Shown piece after piece: positions 1 to 11,831 of a stretch of 64,000 bases of DNA. A program made the translations under genes and the position numbers. The notes below the pieces were generated by a model, which saw nothing but the letters and a program-made list of their open reading frames with translations, was not told the origin of the DNA and ran no database searches. This DNA is from Takakia lepidozioides. Lineage: Eukaryota; Plantae; Bryophyta. Every line of letters starts with the position of its first letter. The stretch's first letter is position 1. Location: the NCBI GenBank assembly GCA_030704615.1, contig CM060734.1, positions 30,628,001 through 30,692,000 on the forward strand, written 5' to 3'.

Positions 1-590
1 AGGACGTTGAGGAACCGACAGCAGCAGCGGTGCTGGAAGAACGCGAACGTTTATTGAAGCTCGCAAAGTACAACATTGCCAAAGCTAAGAAACGGTTTGA
101 ACGATAGACGAATCGGAAGCAAAGGGAAGTTAAGTTTGAGGCAGACACGGAGGTCTGGTTGAACATCAAGAATTTTCGACTACCTCCGGAAGTGAGTCCG
201 AAGTTCGTATCTCCGTATGTGGGGCCCTTTCGCATCCAGAAGGTTATAAATGTGGATGTGTATGAATTGGAGCTGCCGGCAAACAACAAGGTGCATCCGG
301 TATTCCACGTCTCCCTTTTGAAGCCTTACTTCAAAGATGAAGCGCGTCCGAATCGGCATCAAGTGTTGCGTTCGCCACCTGTGTTGTTGGATCATGAAAA
401 TGAACCTGAGTACGAGGTGGAGGCAGTGCTTAAGTCGAGGAGGTTCAAGAATCGAGAAACGGAGTATCTCGTGAAATGGAAGGGCTATCATCAAGTGGAG
501 GCAACTAGGGTGCGTGCCCCAGAAATGGGAAACGCATCCGAGGCAGTTGTAGCTTTCGAAGGGCGACCTCAAAAGCGGAAGAAGCGTTGA
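1..590 (+). pseudogene. 3' end of chromovirus (Ty3/gypsy) pol: integrase C-terminus with GPF/SH3-like region and chromodomain
   Basis: Translation has PKFVSPYVGPFRI...VHPVFHVSLLKPY, then YEVEAVLKSR...EYLVKWKGY...EAT. In-frame TAG at 105-107. Followed by a polypurine tract at 614-624. Confidence 0.9.
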
Positions 591-660
591 TGGGGACATC
601 AATCTTAGATCGTGGGGGAGGAAATGCATGCTTAGTCCGGCTTAGCTAACTCAGGAATCC

Positions 661-3173
661 GGACAGTAAAGGCGTGAGCAGAACCCGTAAGCAGATTCTT
701 TTATCCGTGAGCAGATTCCCCCAAGCGTGAGCAGATTATTGATGCGGACCCTAAAAGCGAGGGAACAAGTGGGCCTATTGCCGCACACACAAACTCCACT
801 GCAACGACGCAATTTTCTCTCATCGGACCGAAGACAGACAGGTTCCATGACGACAATGTGGCACAAACTGTCGGATGAATGTATCTATGATGAACGTAAA
901 AGGAAATGGATGAACATTGGATGAACGTTGGATGAGTGTCGGATGAAAAATTGCCCAGATGAGTGAACCATGGATGACTGCAACAATATGTGCGCAGGGA
1001 TCCATGTGTTGTTGAGTTTAAATAAGTGGATTTTAATTTGGCGGAAGCTTAATTCCGGCCTAGAAGACCAGCTAGATTAAGCTGGCGCCAACGCCACCTT
1101 CATCTGGCACATTCAGAGGGGAAAAAACAAAAAATATTAAAAATATTATTTTTGTTTTTTTGTTTTTTGGAAAACTTGCAAATGAACCCAACCCCTGCTT
1201 TGCAAGCAAAAGATCTGGCGTTTACCCAGCATGGATTTCTGGTCACCTGGAAGAAGGACATGACAACGAATCATAGCCGAGTAATTTGTAGATGCCATTC
1301 ACCCCAAATAGCACACCAAAAGACCAGCCAGATTAAGGTGTCGTTGACGACACCTTAACCTGGCACATTCGGGGAAAATAAAATAATAATAATAATAATA
1401 ATTATAATAATAATTATTATTATTATTATTTGAAAACTTGCAAATGAACACAGTCCTTGCTTTGCAACAAAAGACCTAGCGTTTACCCAACATGGATTTC
1501 TGATCACCTGGAAGAAGGACATGACAACGAATCATAAACCGAGTAATTTGTAGATGCCATTCACCCCAAATAGCACACCAAAAGACCAGGCAGATTAAGA
1601 TGTCGTTGACGACACCTTAATCTGACACATTCGGGGAAAATAATAATCATAATAATAATAATAATAATTTTTTGGAAAAACTTGCAAATGTACCCAACCC
1701 CTGCTTTGCAAGCAAAAGACCTGGCATTTACCCAGCATGGATTTCTGGTCACATAGAAGAACGACATGACAACGAATCATAAGTTATATGGTTCGAGCAA
1801 TTTGTAGATGTCATTCACCCCAAGTAGCACACCAAAAGACCAGCCAGATTAAGGTGTCGTTGACGACACCTTAATCTTGCACATTCGGGGAATATATATA
1901 TATATATATTGAAAAACTTGCAAATGAACCCAACCCCTGCTTTGCAAGCAAAAGACCGTTTATCCAACATGGATTTCTGGTCACATGGAAGAAGGACATG
2001 ACAATGAATCATAAGTTATGTGGTTCGAGCAATTTGTAGATGTCATTCACCCCAAATAACACACTAGAAGACTAGCCAGATTAAGGTGTCGTTGATGACA
2101 CCTTAATCTGGCACATTCGGAAAATAAAAATAAAAATTGGAAAACTTGCAAATGAACCCAACCCCTGCTTTGCAAGCAAAAGACCTAGCGTTTACCCAGC
2201 ATGGATTTCTGGTCACATAGAAGAATAACATGACAACGAGTCATAAGTTATGTGGTCCGAGCAATTTATAGATGCCATTCACCCCAAATAACACACCAGA
2301 AGACTAGCCAGATTAAGGTGTCGTTGACGACACCTTAATCTGGCTCATTCGGGGAAAAATAAAAATAAAATAAAAATTGGAAAACTTGCAAATGAACCCA
2401 ACCCCTGTTTTGTAAGCAAAGGACCTGGCGTTTACCCAGCATGGAATCCTAGTCACATGGAAGAAGGACATGACAACAAATCATAAGTTATGTGGTCCGA
2501 ACAATTTGTAGATGGCATTCACCCCAAATAGCACACCAGAAGATGTTACAGATGTCATGTTATGCGGAGGCTGCAGCTTGCAAATTTAGTCTATTCTCTT
2601 CTCCCCCTCCTGTGCTTTACAATAGAGAGGATTTTGTGCAGAGCAAGGCTAGTATCTTCATAGACAGTTCTTCCTTCGTTTTGGACTCCGACTCTAGTAG
2701 CAGTGGATATTCTTCGTCGGAATGAATCGGCTGTTTTCAAACGATTTATATTAAAGCACCATATGGCCTCTCCACCTTCTTTGCAATTGGGTGTTATCAT
2801 CTCTCTCAACTTAGGATACCTGGTAAAAGGACAACCACAACCCTCTACAGTTGGCAGAGGGTCACTCTGGAGCTCGGGGGATTTGGCAACCATTACTCAA
2901 AAATGCTTTTTAATTTTGCATTCAACCACAAACTACATTCTTCCATGTGCCATTCGGCCAACATACATTCATCGACCATTCATCCATCATTCATCCGTCA
3001 TTTATCCATAACGATAAATTGGTATGCATGTTATACTGGACACTACCCGCAGTAATAGGTTCTCTAAGCCGAATAGGTGTCCGCGGTTATAGGTGAGCAC
3101 ATCCAGAAGCGTGAGCAGAATTCTGCTCACAAAATTTTCTGCTTACGGATTCTGCTTACGGTTTAGCAATCCC
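661..3173. mobile_element. Non-autonomous Mutator-like (MULE) DNA transposon
   Basis: 9-bp TSD CAGGAATCC at 652-660 and 3174-3182. G-starting imperfect TIRs (GGACAGTAAAGGCGTGAGCAGAACCCGTAAGCAGA vs reverse complement GGGATTGCTAAACCGTAAGCAGAATCCGTAAGCAGA). Inverted subterminal GGATGA motifs. Confidence 0.8.
1062..2545. repeat. Tandem array of about six 228-262 bp units, each with a 38-bp palindrome and a variable microsatellite
   Basis: Unit marker AAAACTTGCAAATG at about 1171, 1433, 1677, 1913, 2141, 2381. Palindrome GCCAGATTAAGGTGTCGT-TG-ACGACACCTTAATCTGGC at about 1071, 1327, 1589, 1843, 2075, 2307. Confidence 0.95.
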
Positions 3174-4741
3174 CAGGAATCCGATTGCAGAAACTTGTGT
3201 TGTACAAATTTTGTTATAAATGAAATGGTTTCCAAATGTTGTGCTTCCTATTTTGTTTGGAATGGTGATGCATGGTATGGTTGGCTAGTGTGTAGAATGC
3301 ATGCTAGCTTACAAAAGTGGGAGAGGTAAATTGGATTAATCGTTTGTTTGCGCAGTGCCGAAATCGGGTGACTCCCATCCAAGGGGCAAGGAAATTTGCG
3401 CCTTCTTTGGGAGTTCACGTGTTAGTGCGCACCTGGCACGTGCGCGTACTATAACTGCGCTACCGAGGGGGTTGTCTTGTAGTGCGGATTAACGCGGAAG
3501 CTACGTGCTTCCGTTCACGTACTATAATCATGTAACCTCGGAACGAAGTCGCAGTGTGGCTTCGGCGTGATCCCGTACCTCAGGCCAACATTCCAAGGCG
3601 GACCCAATTGTAGTGATTGGGGCGCACAGTTGGTTCAAGGTTATCTTCTTAGAAAAAAAAGGTTCAAGGTGAACAATTGCTCAAGGTGATGTCAAAAGCG
3701 ACATCATGAGCGATTGCAAGCAATGTTGTTGCAGTAAGGCGATTCGATCCTCGGGGAGGATCGTCCCTTGGCCTTGAAGTGGGCCAAGAAGAGTGCACTG
3801 GGTGGAGCTTGAAAGGCTCCACCTTTGACCAGGACTTGGAGGAAGTCGGCCAAACGAGCTAGTGGAGAGTAGAGTCAAGTGGGGGGTTTGGTTCTTTACC
3901 ATGGGACGCTATGGTATGGAAACAAACTCCTTGATGTGGGACGCCACAACTTGGATGTTAGTTTCTACAAAATGGACAAGTCGATGAGGACATCGACTCC
4001 CTATTGGTGGGGGTGTGTGTCGCGGCCCTTTGCCTTGAGGACAGGGGGCCGGGATACAAGAGGAGCTGCCTCTGTGGTGGGGGCAGTGACAACAATAGGT
4101 ACGGAGGCTAAAACACCCTTGAGTGCCCAAGGCACTCAAGCAGGCGGAGGCGCTCACTAGGTGGAACCCCGCACACCGGGTTGCGATGGGGGTGGTTCCA
4201 CGAGGGGTGGTGGTAGCTTAGTGGGACTTAGTGGGAGTGGCATAGGACTCACCATGCGGCGGAGACCTTGTGGTGGGAGTCGTGGGGAGTCTTGGGACTC
4301 ATCACGGTCCAATGGGGCCGTGGTGGGTGGGCCAAGACTCACCACGACTCACCACCGGGAATGGAGGGTCTTCGTGGTGGTTCGCCATAAAATGACGGTG
4401 TTGTTTGTGAAACTCCCGCGGACAGTCACAGAAGTATATATAGGGAATAGTAACCCCGAGTACGGTGCAAGCCCGTTGGTGACCAAAAACTAGTGAGTAA
4501 CCGTGCGAACCGGAAAGCGACCAAGGTGTGGGAGCTGTTCCGGACTGCCAACAACCAAAGGGAATTTCCACTAGGCCCAAATTGAGAGAGGGTCTTGTGG
4601 AGGAGCAAAGGGGGACCGCTATGTCCCGGTGAGCAGCCGAAGCTTCGAGTTGGCCCGGCGGTCAGTTTGAGAGTTAGGCGCGCGCATCAAAGCGAATAAC
4701 TATGACTTGAAGGGGAGCTTACCGAAGTGAGGTGCGCGACA

Positions 4742-6542
4742 GTGTACATATGCTTACATACTTGTACTTATGTATGTTTATTTCTTTATGTGTATTGTAT
4801 TTGTTTTCACTTGATACTTACTATTTGATAAAGTTGTATTCAAGAAGCTTTGGAATGATACCAGAATTGATATCTCATACCAGCTGGTGTTTGCGGTCAT
4901 GATACTCATACTTATACCAATATCTGGAAAAAAAAAATATACATCCACCATTATATAGATCAGACTGGTATGAAAAGACCATTCTGGTATGTCCTAAACC
5001 TGATACCAGAACACCACTGGTTATAACTTCCCCAGATAAAATTTGCACTCGATACACCTCTCTTTGATAATTTTTTTATAAATTAGTTATATTGTGTTAT
5101 TATAAATTCCCGTTTTTAATAATTTAATATATATATATATATATTATATATATATATATATCGTTATAATAATATTCAATTTCAAGCTTGAATTCAATTT
5201 TTTCTTTTCTTTTTTTCTTGTGTTGGTTACCTTAAACTTTTTTGGCTGAAAGATGTTTTGATGTTGTTTTGGGGAGTCGATCCTAGACATGTGGCCTTGC
5301 TCACCAAAGTACTAATATGGGTTGGTGCTTCAGTATCCATGTTTTTCACAACTTCGAGTTTTTCTAAGATCTTAGGTCCATTTAGATCAATTAAATGACA
5401 TATCATTTTCTATTGTTCTGTATCCACTAAGATTAAGATTGTAGATTTAGACGTCCTGACATACATATGAGTTTTAGGGATCATTTCAGAGCTTCAAATT
5501 TGTGCCCTTAAATTTTTTTGCAGACTTGTTGATTGAGGGACGTCGCCAGGCTATTGGGCCCATGCCATGCTTTTCATGGACCTCTCATGGATTTTTTTTT
5601 CTCTTAACAAATATCGAAGCCTCTATGTTATTGCAAGCCTTGTTTCATCTAGTAAGTCGAAAGCGTTGGCTTTTGGAACTCTTGGATTCCCGCATTGTGT
5701 TTGCTAAGTATGAAATTGAAAGTTGATTGCAGATGCTCGAAGAGGACACAACAGTTTTTTGCGGAATTTGACTTCACGTAGGCCGAAGATAACATCATCT
5801 GCATCAAGATCATCTAACACAAGAGTTTCTTGGCATAACAGTCTTTCCCAAGATTGGGAATCCCCCAAGTGTTGGACTAGTATACAGCCTGACCGGGTAT
5901 CCACCAGTGTTGTACTGGTATCAGTTTTAGGACATACCATACTGGTCCTGGTACCAGACGTATTGCAAAACTTTCATACCAGTCTGGTCTATATAATACT
6001 AGATGTATCTTTTCTAGATACTGGTATGAGTATGAGTATCCTGATAACAATACCAGCTGATATGAGATATCAATTCTAGTATCATTCCAAAGCCATCATT
6101 GAATAACAAGTTTATCAAATAGCAAGTATCAAGTGAAAACAAATACAATACAATAAAGAGATAAATATACATAATATAAGTATGTAGGCATATGTACACA
6201 TAAATTATTATAGTATACATACGAGAGTAAATGAGGAAGACGTTGGGGGAGTACTGGTATTGTGGCTGGTATGAAAAAACTGATACCAGACTGATCTGGT
6301 ATCTAATACCTGTGCACATACCATGCAATACCCTATATCCCAGTACAACACTATATCCCAGTACAACACTAGTATCAAATGGGGTAGTAAATAACCGGCT
6401 GGTGTTGGCTGTTGTAATATAAGTTTAATAACCAAACCCCTTGGTATTGGCAATGGTACCTAGGTCAATACCCTACATATTAGGCTGGTATTGACAAAAT
6501 CAATACTTGTGCAATATCCATATTATGGGCAAAAAGAATGAC
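4742..6542. mobile_element. Foldback-type element with long inverted arms; left arm cut by the chromovirus insertion
   Basis: 4742-~5022 is the diverged reverse complement of ~5902-6199. Arms are rich in ATACCAG/CTGGTAT motifs, which continue to about 6500. Right boundary approximate. Confidence 0.7.
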
Positions 6543-6544
6543 TA

Positions 6545-8516
6545 CTGTAGTCGGTAGGCTGATTCGGCAGTAAATAATTAGAAATGAACATGCTTAATAA
6601 ATAAGTGAAAATTTAGCAAAAACTGTCAAAATTCCAGAAATTTAAAAAAAAAAAAAACTAAAATCTCAAACAAACCACTTAGCACGTCAAAAAGGTAGAT
6701 TGCAATGAAAGTTGAAAAGTGCAAAGGTAATGGCCACCTTGAAGAGAATCCAACTTGCAAAAATAGACTAGGCTAACGTAGATAGTATATCAGCACAGGA
6801 GGCCACAGAGCTACCATTGTGTAGAGAACCTAGTCTGCAAAATATCAGCGTCGGAGGTCTCAAAGATGTTTCAAGGCACAAAACACCTTTGACTGAATCT
6901 AAAATGAACTCCAAACTACATCCACAGATCCATGACTTGAATCAATCAGATCATTGTAGTGTTGATCAATCAAATCATTTAACTTCCGCAGGTCCACACC
7001 ATCTCGATTGCAATTCAGATCTTGGAAATCAGACTTGTTAATATCCATATCAATTAGACAACGGCTCATCACCCCTACGATTGTCTCATCCACGTTCTTC
7101 CTTCACCTTGTTCCAAGTGTTGAACAACCAAATCGCATAATTGAAAGTGATGTATCCATTGTCACTTTCTTCGTTGGAACACCTCATGTTTATATTTGCC
7201 TTTGGATCTCACTTGCTGACCAATGTTTCAACTGATCAACATTTCATAAGCCTTTGAGTCATAGTACTATCCACCATCCACCGTGCGAGAGAAGAGACGG
7301 GCTGCTACTTAGCCAACGCGCAGATCACCGTATAGCAATATTACTACGCCGCGATATTTGTTGAAAGCATGTTTCAGCTCTAAAGTCCAGCAGTTGTCAC
7401 CGCCAAATTACTTGAAATCTCCTCGTGACATTGCCGTAAAATCTGGAAATTTCCTTAAGTTATGTTGGAGTGTTTTGTTGGAAAGAAAATAAAACAGACT
7501 CAGACTGCCGACTACGGTATACACATGGTTATGAAGTTAGGCAGGGTGCAGATGTCAGGGTTAGGGCATGTCAAGAGGGCCCGCCATTATTCTTCACTTT
7601 TTCTTAGCACATGTCAGGTAGGGGGGGGGCGTGTTTATCTGCAGGCCCATCTCAATACTGCGCAAGAGGCTGTCCGATTTCTGCGTGCCCGCCTCAAGAC
7701 CTACACAAAGGCAGCCACAAACACTTGAGAGCTAGGGTTCCACGGGAGTGCTATTTGAGTGAGCACAAAGGTACCAGTGCTCAGAGGGAGGGGACAGCTC
7801 TGATTATAGTAGCCGTGTCTGAGTTGACTTTGCACACTAGAATCTGGGCAGGCAGGGCTGGCCGATTATGCTCTATGCACCCCGGATGGAGCATATACCC
7901 AGGTATAGCAACCTCTCAGCGACCCACCCGTCTTCCCTATGAAGCTAGCCCCCGTTTATATCCTCTGCGGGTGTCTGAATCTGGGAAATCGATATGGGAT
8001 AAATCATGCCCAATCAGATTACGCCAGGTTTATTCCACCACCAGCTTTTAACGCCGCCGTGTAGGGCCGACTCTGCCCTGTGCGCGGCCATAGGGCTCGC
8101 CCGCTAGTACAAAAAATCATACCAGGCTGGATTCTTCACATTTTTCGGCACTTAAAATTCTACTCATGAAGGCGTGCACCGTTCAGGGATGACATTCATC
8201 CAACATCACATTGCGAAACTACATAGGATGCCAAAAACGACGCGACTCAGTTTTCAATTTTCATCCATGGCAGCGGCTGAGTTTTCATTTAAAACGTCAT
8301 CCATGGACTCAGTTCTCAATTTTCATCCATGGCAGCGGCTGTATTTTTATATTTTAGTGTTTTCATTTTGTGATCATTATTTTTAGTTGCCTAATTTGAA
8401 AAAATTACACATGCAAGATGCCTAATTTAAATTTTTTTCTCAAGATGCCCAACTGCCAAAACACCCCAAAAATAATTATTAGGCAGGCAAGTGCCTAACC
8501 GGCTATCCCACTACGG
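6545..8516. mobile_element. TA-flanked TIR element (Tc1/mariner-like), related to the MITE at 28783-29507
   Basis: Right end GCCTAACCGGCTATCCCACTACGG|TA and about 270 bp of subterminal sequence match the 29-kb copy. Degenerate left TIR TA|CTGTAGTCGGTAGGCTGATTCGGCAG at 6543 matches about 26/37 to the 29-kb left end. Confidence 0.55.
8075..8107 (+). mobile_element. Helitron 3' terminus (hairpin plus CTAG); 5' end not located
   Basis: GCCCTGTG-CGCGGC-CATAGGGC hairpin at 8075-8096, 7 nt spacer, CTAG at 8104-8107 followed by T. Confidence 0.55.
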
Positions 8517-8532
8517 TATATATATATATATA

Positions 8533-8668
8533 AACAACCAAGTTGCAGCTTGGTTGTAATGGACACCACCTTAGAAGTGGCTGTGGTTCAACCCCCAATT
8601 GGTGTCAAAAAGGTGTCCAAGAGACACCATAATTTATGCTTCCTTGGGGAGGCATCACACTTTTACTT
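8533..8668 (+). mobile_element. tRNA-derived SINE, family B, internally deleted copy inserted in a (TA)n tract
   Basis: Matches the reverse complement of 19537-19715 with an internal deletion. Degenerate A box and B box GGTTCAACCC. Confidence 0.75.
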
Positions 8669-11006
8669 ATATATATATATATGAGAGGAGAAGATAACTC
8701 TTTCAAAGTATCCTTGCCATGAGAGGCACAAGGCTCATGGGATACCGCCCAAGGGAAGGGGGAGAAGATTATAACCATAGCCTGCATGTTCGTAGTTCAA
8801 TAGATTCCATGATACCCGAGGAACAAAATTTGCAGAGAATCATGGCCTCTTGAAACAATTGAGCCCAGAATCAACTGGGTGGCACTCATGCCCTATCCAA
8901 CTGAGTTGCCTGGTGGTAAGTAGACGTCCCTCCACTTGTAAGCAAATGTAGTAATGTAGGGCTTCTCTAGAAGATAAAATATGAACTATGAGAGTAAGTA
9001 GGATGGTAGGTGGTCGCTCATGCATGGCAGCATGGTTATAAGTACAGTTAGGTTTAAGGTTAAGTAACATTTTCCAAGGCAGAAGCAGTTAAGTTTTCTG
9101 ACAATTAACAATGTCTTTGCGAAAATACTTCAGGGAGTACAAAAGAAAAAACTAAAAGAAAAAAAAAGTAATAAAGAGGGTTATTAGTGCAGGGTTCAGT
9201 GTACCTCCTGCATTTATTGGTTGGCAGTCTGCAGCTGCAAACAAAAAGCTTCAGAAGGATGTGTCTGATAAGGAAAGTTCAATGTACATAGATGGGTGAT
9301 GAGAGAGACAGAGTTTGGAAATGTGGAAGCCTCTCGCCCAGAGGAACACACATATCAGTGTTGACCTCATGGTGGCAGGCCTGCTCGAGCTATGTACAAC
9401 GCCCGATTACTTAGAGAATTCAGAGAAATCGATATAGATAAGTTATCTACAGCCTCCACATCTTCGCTATCCTTCATGAAGCTCACTGCAATGAACACAG
9501 TCTACGTACCGTCAAGGAGTTGCTTCTTCCACTTTAACTCTGCATTCCCAATCATTCTCTTCACACCTGGAGTCCGATCCTAAGATCCTAACAAGAAACC
9601 AGACGCCTGACTCCTTCACACAAAACTAGCCACTGCATCGTCATCGTACTCTTGTCAGCAGCTCAACTTGTCGCATGGATGCCATGCACAACACTGCTCA
9701 TCCGTTTGGACCAGTTCAAAACTGTTTCATCCATTCATATCACGACAACATGTGTCAAACGCCTAGAAAAATTGGTCCTGTGAGAATCTCTGAAAATCTC
9801 TGAGCCAGTCCTTGCCTTGAGTCTTGACTGGGACTTCAACTCCGTACCAAAGGTAGGTCACCTAGTACCTACAATCCCTTCAAGACACTCAGGAGTCCAG
9901 GACAGCTATTAAGTTTCTAACAGAACACCAACAGAATCACAAAGCTGCCAGGTGGGTGGTCTAATCCATAACAAAATATTCTAGTCCAAGCTTGAATTGA
10001 TAGACATACCGTACTAGCAATTTCGCATGACTGCAGGTGGGCCACAATGTTGATAGTGTCTCTCCGAGAGGAGCTGCAGTGAAGGAGATGCCGTGAGCTG
10101 TTTGATGCATTGCGCTTTTCTGACACTTTCAAACCAGTGCTCCTGTACCATCCAAGTGTCTCATCTCCCCCGAGGGTTTAGGTTTTTGTTCTTTGAGGAC
10201 CACCAGTACTAGACTCGAGAGTGAGGTTTGTTGGCCGCTTTTCTGAGGACTCTATGGGTCTGATCAGAGAGAAAGGATGGTCTGGTGAGGTGAGAGGCAG
10301 CCAGAGAAGCAAAATCGTGGAGGGTGGTGGATATCGACGTGGGTGATGTATACACAGTGACACCTTGCTAAGTCCGTGAGTGTTATATAGGTAATCCATT
10401 GATGATGGTCGTCGATCGGTTCTCTCCTGTCTATGAGCCGGGATGGCGCGTAGGGTACCCACGTGCCCACCTGGCCATGGAGCTGTTCAAAGTCTCTTCC
10501 TGCAATATGGATGGCGGTGGTGGCCCCTCTTGGATAAGAAAGAGAAGGGGGTGGTGAGGGAATGCGCTCTGTCAATCTTCCCACTCTCGCCTTCTTTTCA
10601 TGGCGAGCTTGGCGTTCTGTATCCCGCATCCGTCCTTCTGTTGCTCTCTGTAGTTGTCATCTTGTGGTAGATAATCAGTCAGTCAGTCAGTGTAGAGGAA
10701 TGCTGTTAGCTTTGGGATTCTTACTCGCATCTCCTCCTGGTGATGCACGCTCCGCTGAGTATTCTCGCAGATTCTGGCGAGCCTTCATTCGCATTCTTCT
10801 CAACGAGGTTCTTGTGCTGATCTCCCACGGTTGAATTGTCACTTTGTGCTCGAGGGTGCATTGACAATAAACTGTTCTATAGATGTACCTCTTGCTTGGA
10901 TTGTGGTTGCTTTCGTCAAGCTGTGAAATCGTACTCTGAGCATGTATGTTCTTCGGCCATCAATCGTCATTAATCTTCCCAAGTTGGAAAGTTGAATCTA
11001 AGGAGA

Positions 11007-11186
11007 ACGCAAATTCGTGATCAGGGAAGACCACGCTAGATGGAGGCTCGAACACTATAGACATGTCAAGGCCAACATGGGGATAAGACCCCTGACCAGC
11101 AGCTCCTGATATTTGCAGGCAAGCATGGTCGCAGCATCCGAAAGGAATCCACTTTGCACCTTGTGCTATGGCTAAGAGGAAGAGGC
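11007..11186 (+). pseudogene. Degenerate ubiquitin pseudogene
   Basis: Ordered fragments QI..SGKT..TL..EASNTID.VKA..DK..PDQQLLIFAGK..GR..IRKESTLHLVLWLRGRG, broken by many short deletions. Confidence 0.85.
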
Positions 11187-11831
11187 ACTCAGGTATGCAA
11201 ATCACTTCCAATACTCCAAAGAAAAACTGAAGGTGGGAAGCTCTCTCATGGGATTCCTCCCAGCTAGCAAGGTTTTGCAACTAACTACTGTAGGTATGTG
11301 GTCCAGTTTCCATTTTGTTGTAAAGCACCACTACCATGCCTCCTGAAGCAAAACTGGAGGCCACAATCAGCTTTAATTTGATGGCGGCTAATTTGCCCCA
11401 GAGCGATAAGTGGTAGTTGTCATATCAGCAAGGACAAATGATTCCCCGTGGCCCAAGAGTAACTGACAAATTTGAACAATTGTACAAATATATTTCATTT
11501 GCTCAATGACCTATCCTAGAACATAGTTTGACAAAGATCCTGGCCTTGGATAAAAAGGCTTATAGATGACTGCTACCTCACAATCATGTTCAGTATCTAT
11601 TAAGCTCTCAAAAATTGCTTCTGAATCTACTAGGAAACTGGTAAATCAGAAACCCAAAACTTTGAGGTAGACTGACTACTAACCTTCCGGCCCAGACATT
11701 TATTTTCCATGCCCTTGTCTTCTTAGTCTGGCCTCTGACCTGAGTTCTCTGCCTCCTCTAGGTAGGCCACCATAGTGTCTCAAAAGACTACTCTAACTTT
11801 CCTGATAAGAGCCAAATCAGTATCTACAGAC

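Larger units (their letters stand above)
625..4741 (+). mobile_element. 3' LTR of the chromovirus (625-660 plus 3183-4741, about 1.6 kb), split by a MULE insertion
   Basis: Starts TG directly after PPT GGGGGAGGAAA and ends ...GCGCGACA at 4741. The sequence from 4742 is exactly where a long inverted-repeat arm of another element begins. Confidence 0.7.

Noticed and set aside
1062-2545. CRISPR-like array of palindromic repeats
   Set aside because: The intervening sequence is itself repeated, units are about 240 bp, the context is eukaryotic and there are no cas genes.
3681-4608. Several overlapping GC-rich ORFs
   Set aside because: They lie within the chromovirus LTR and show no recognisable domains.
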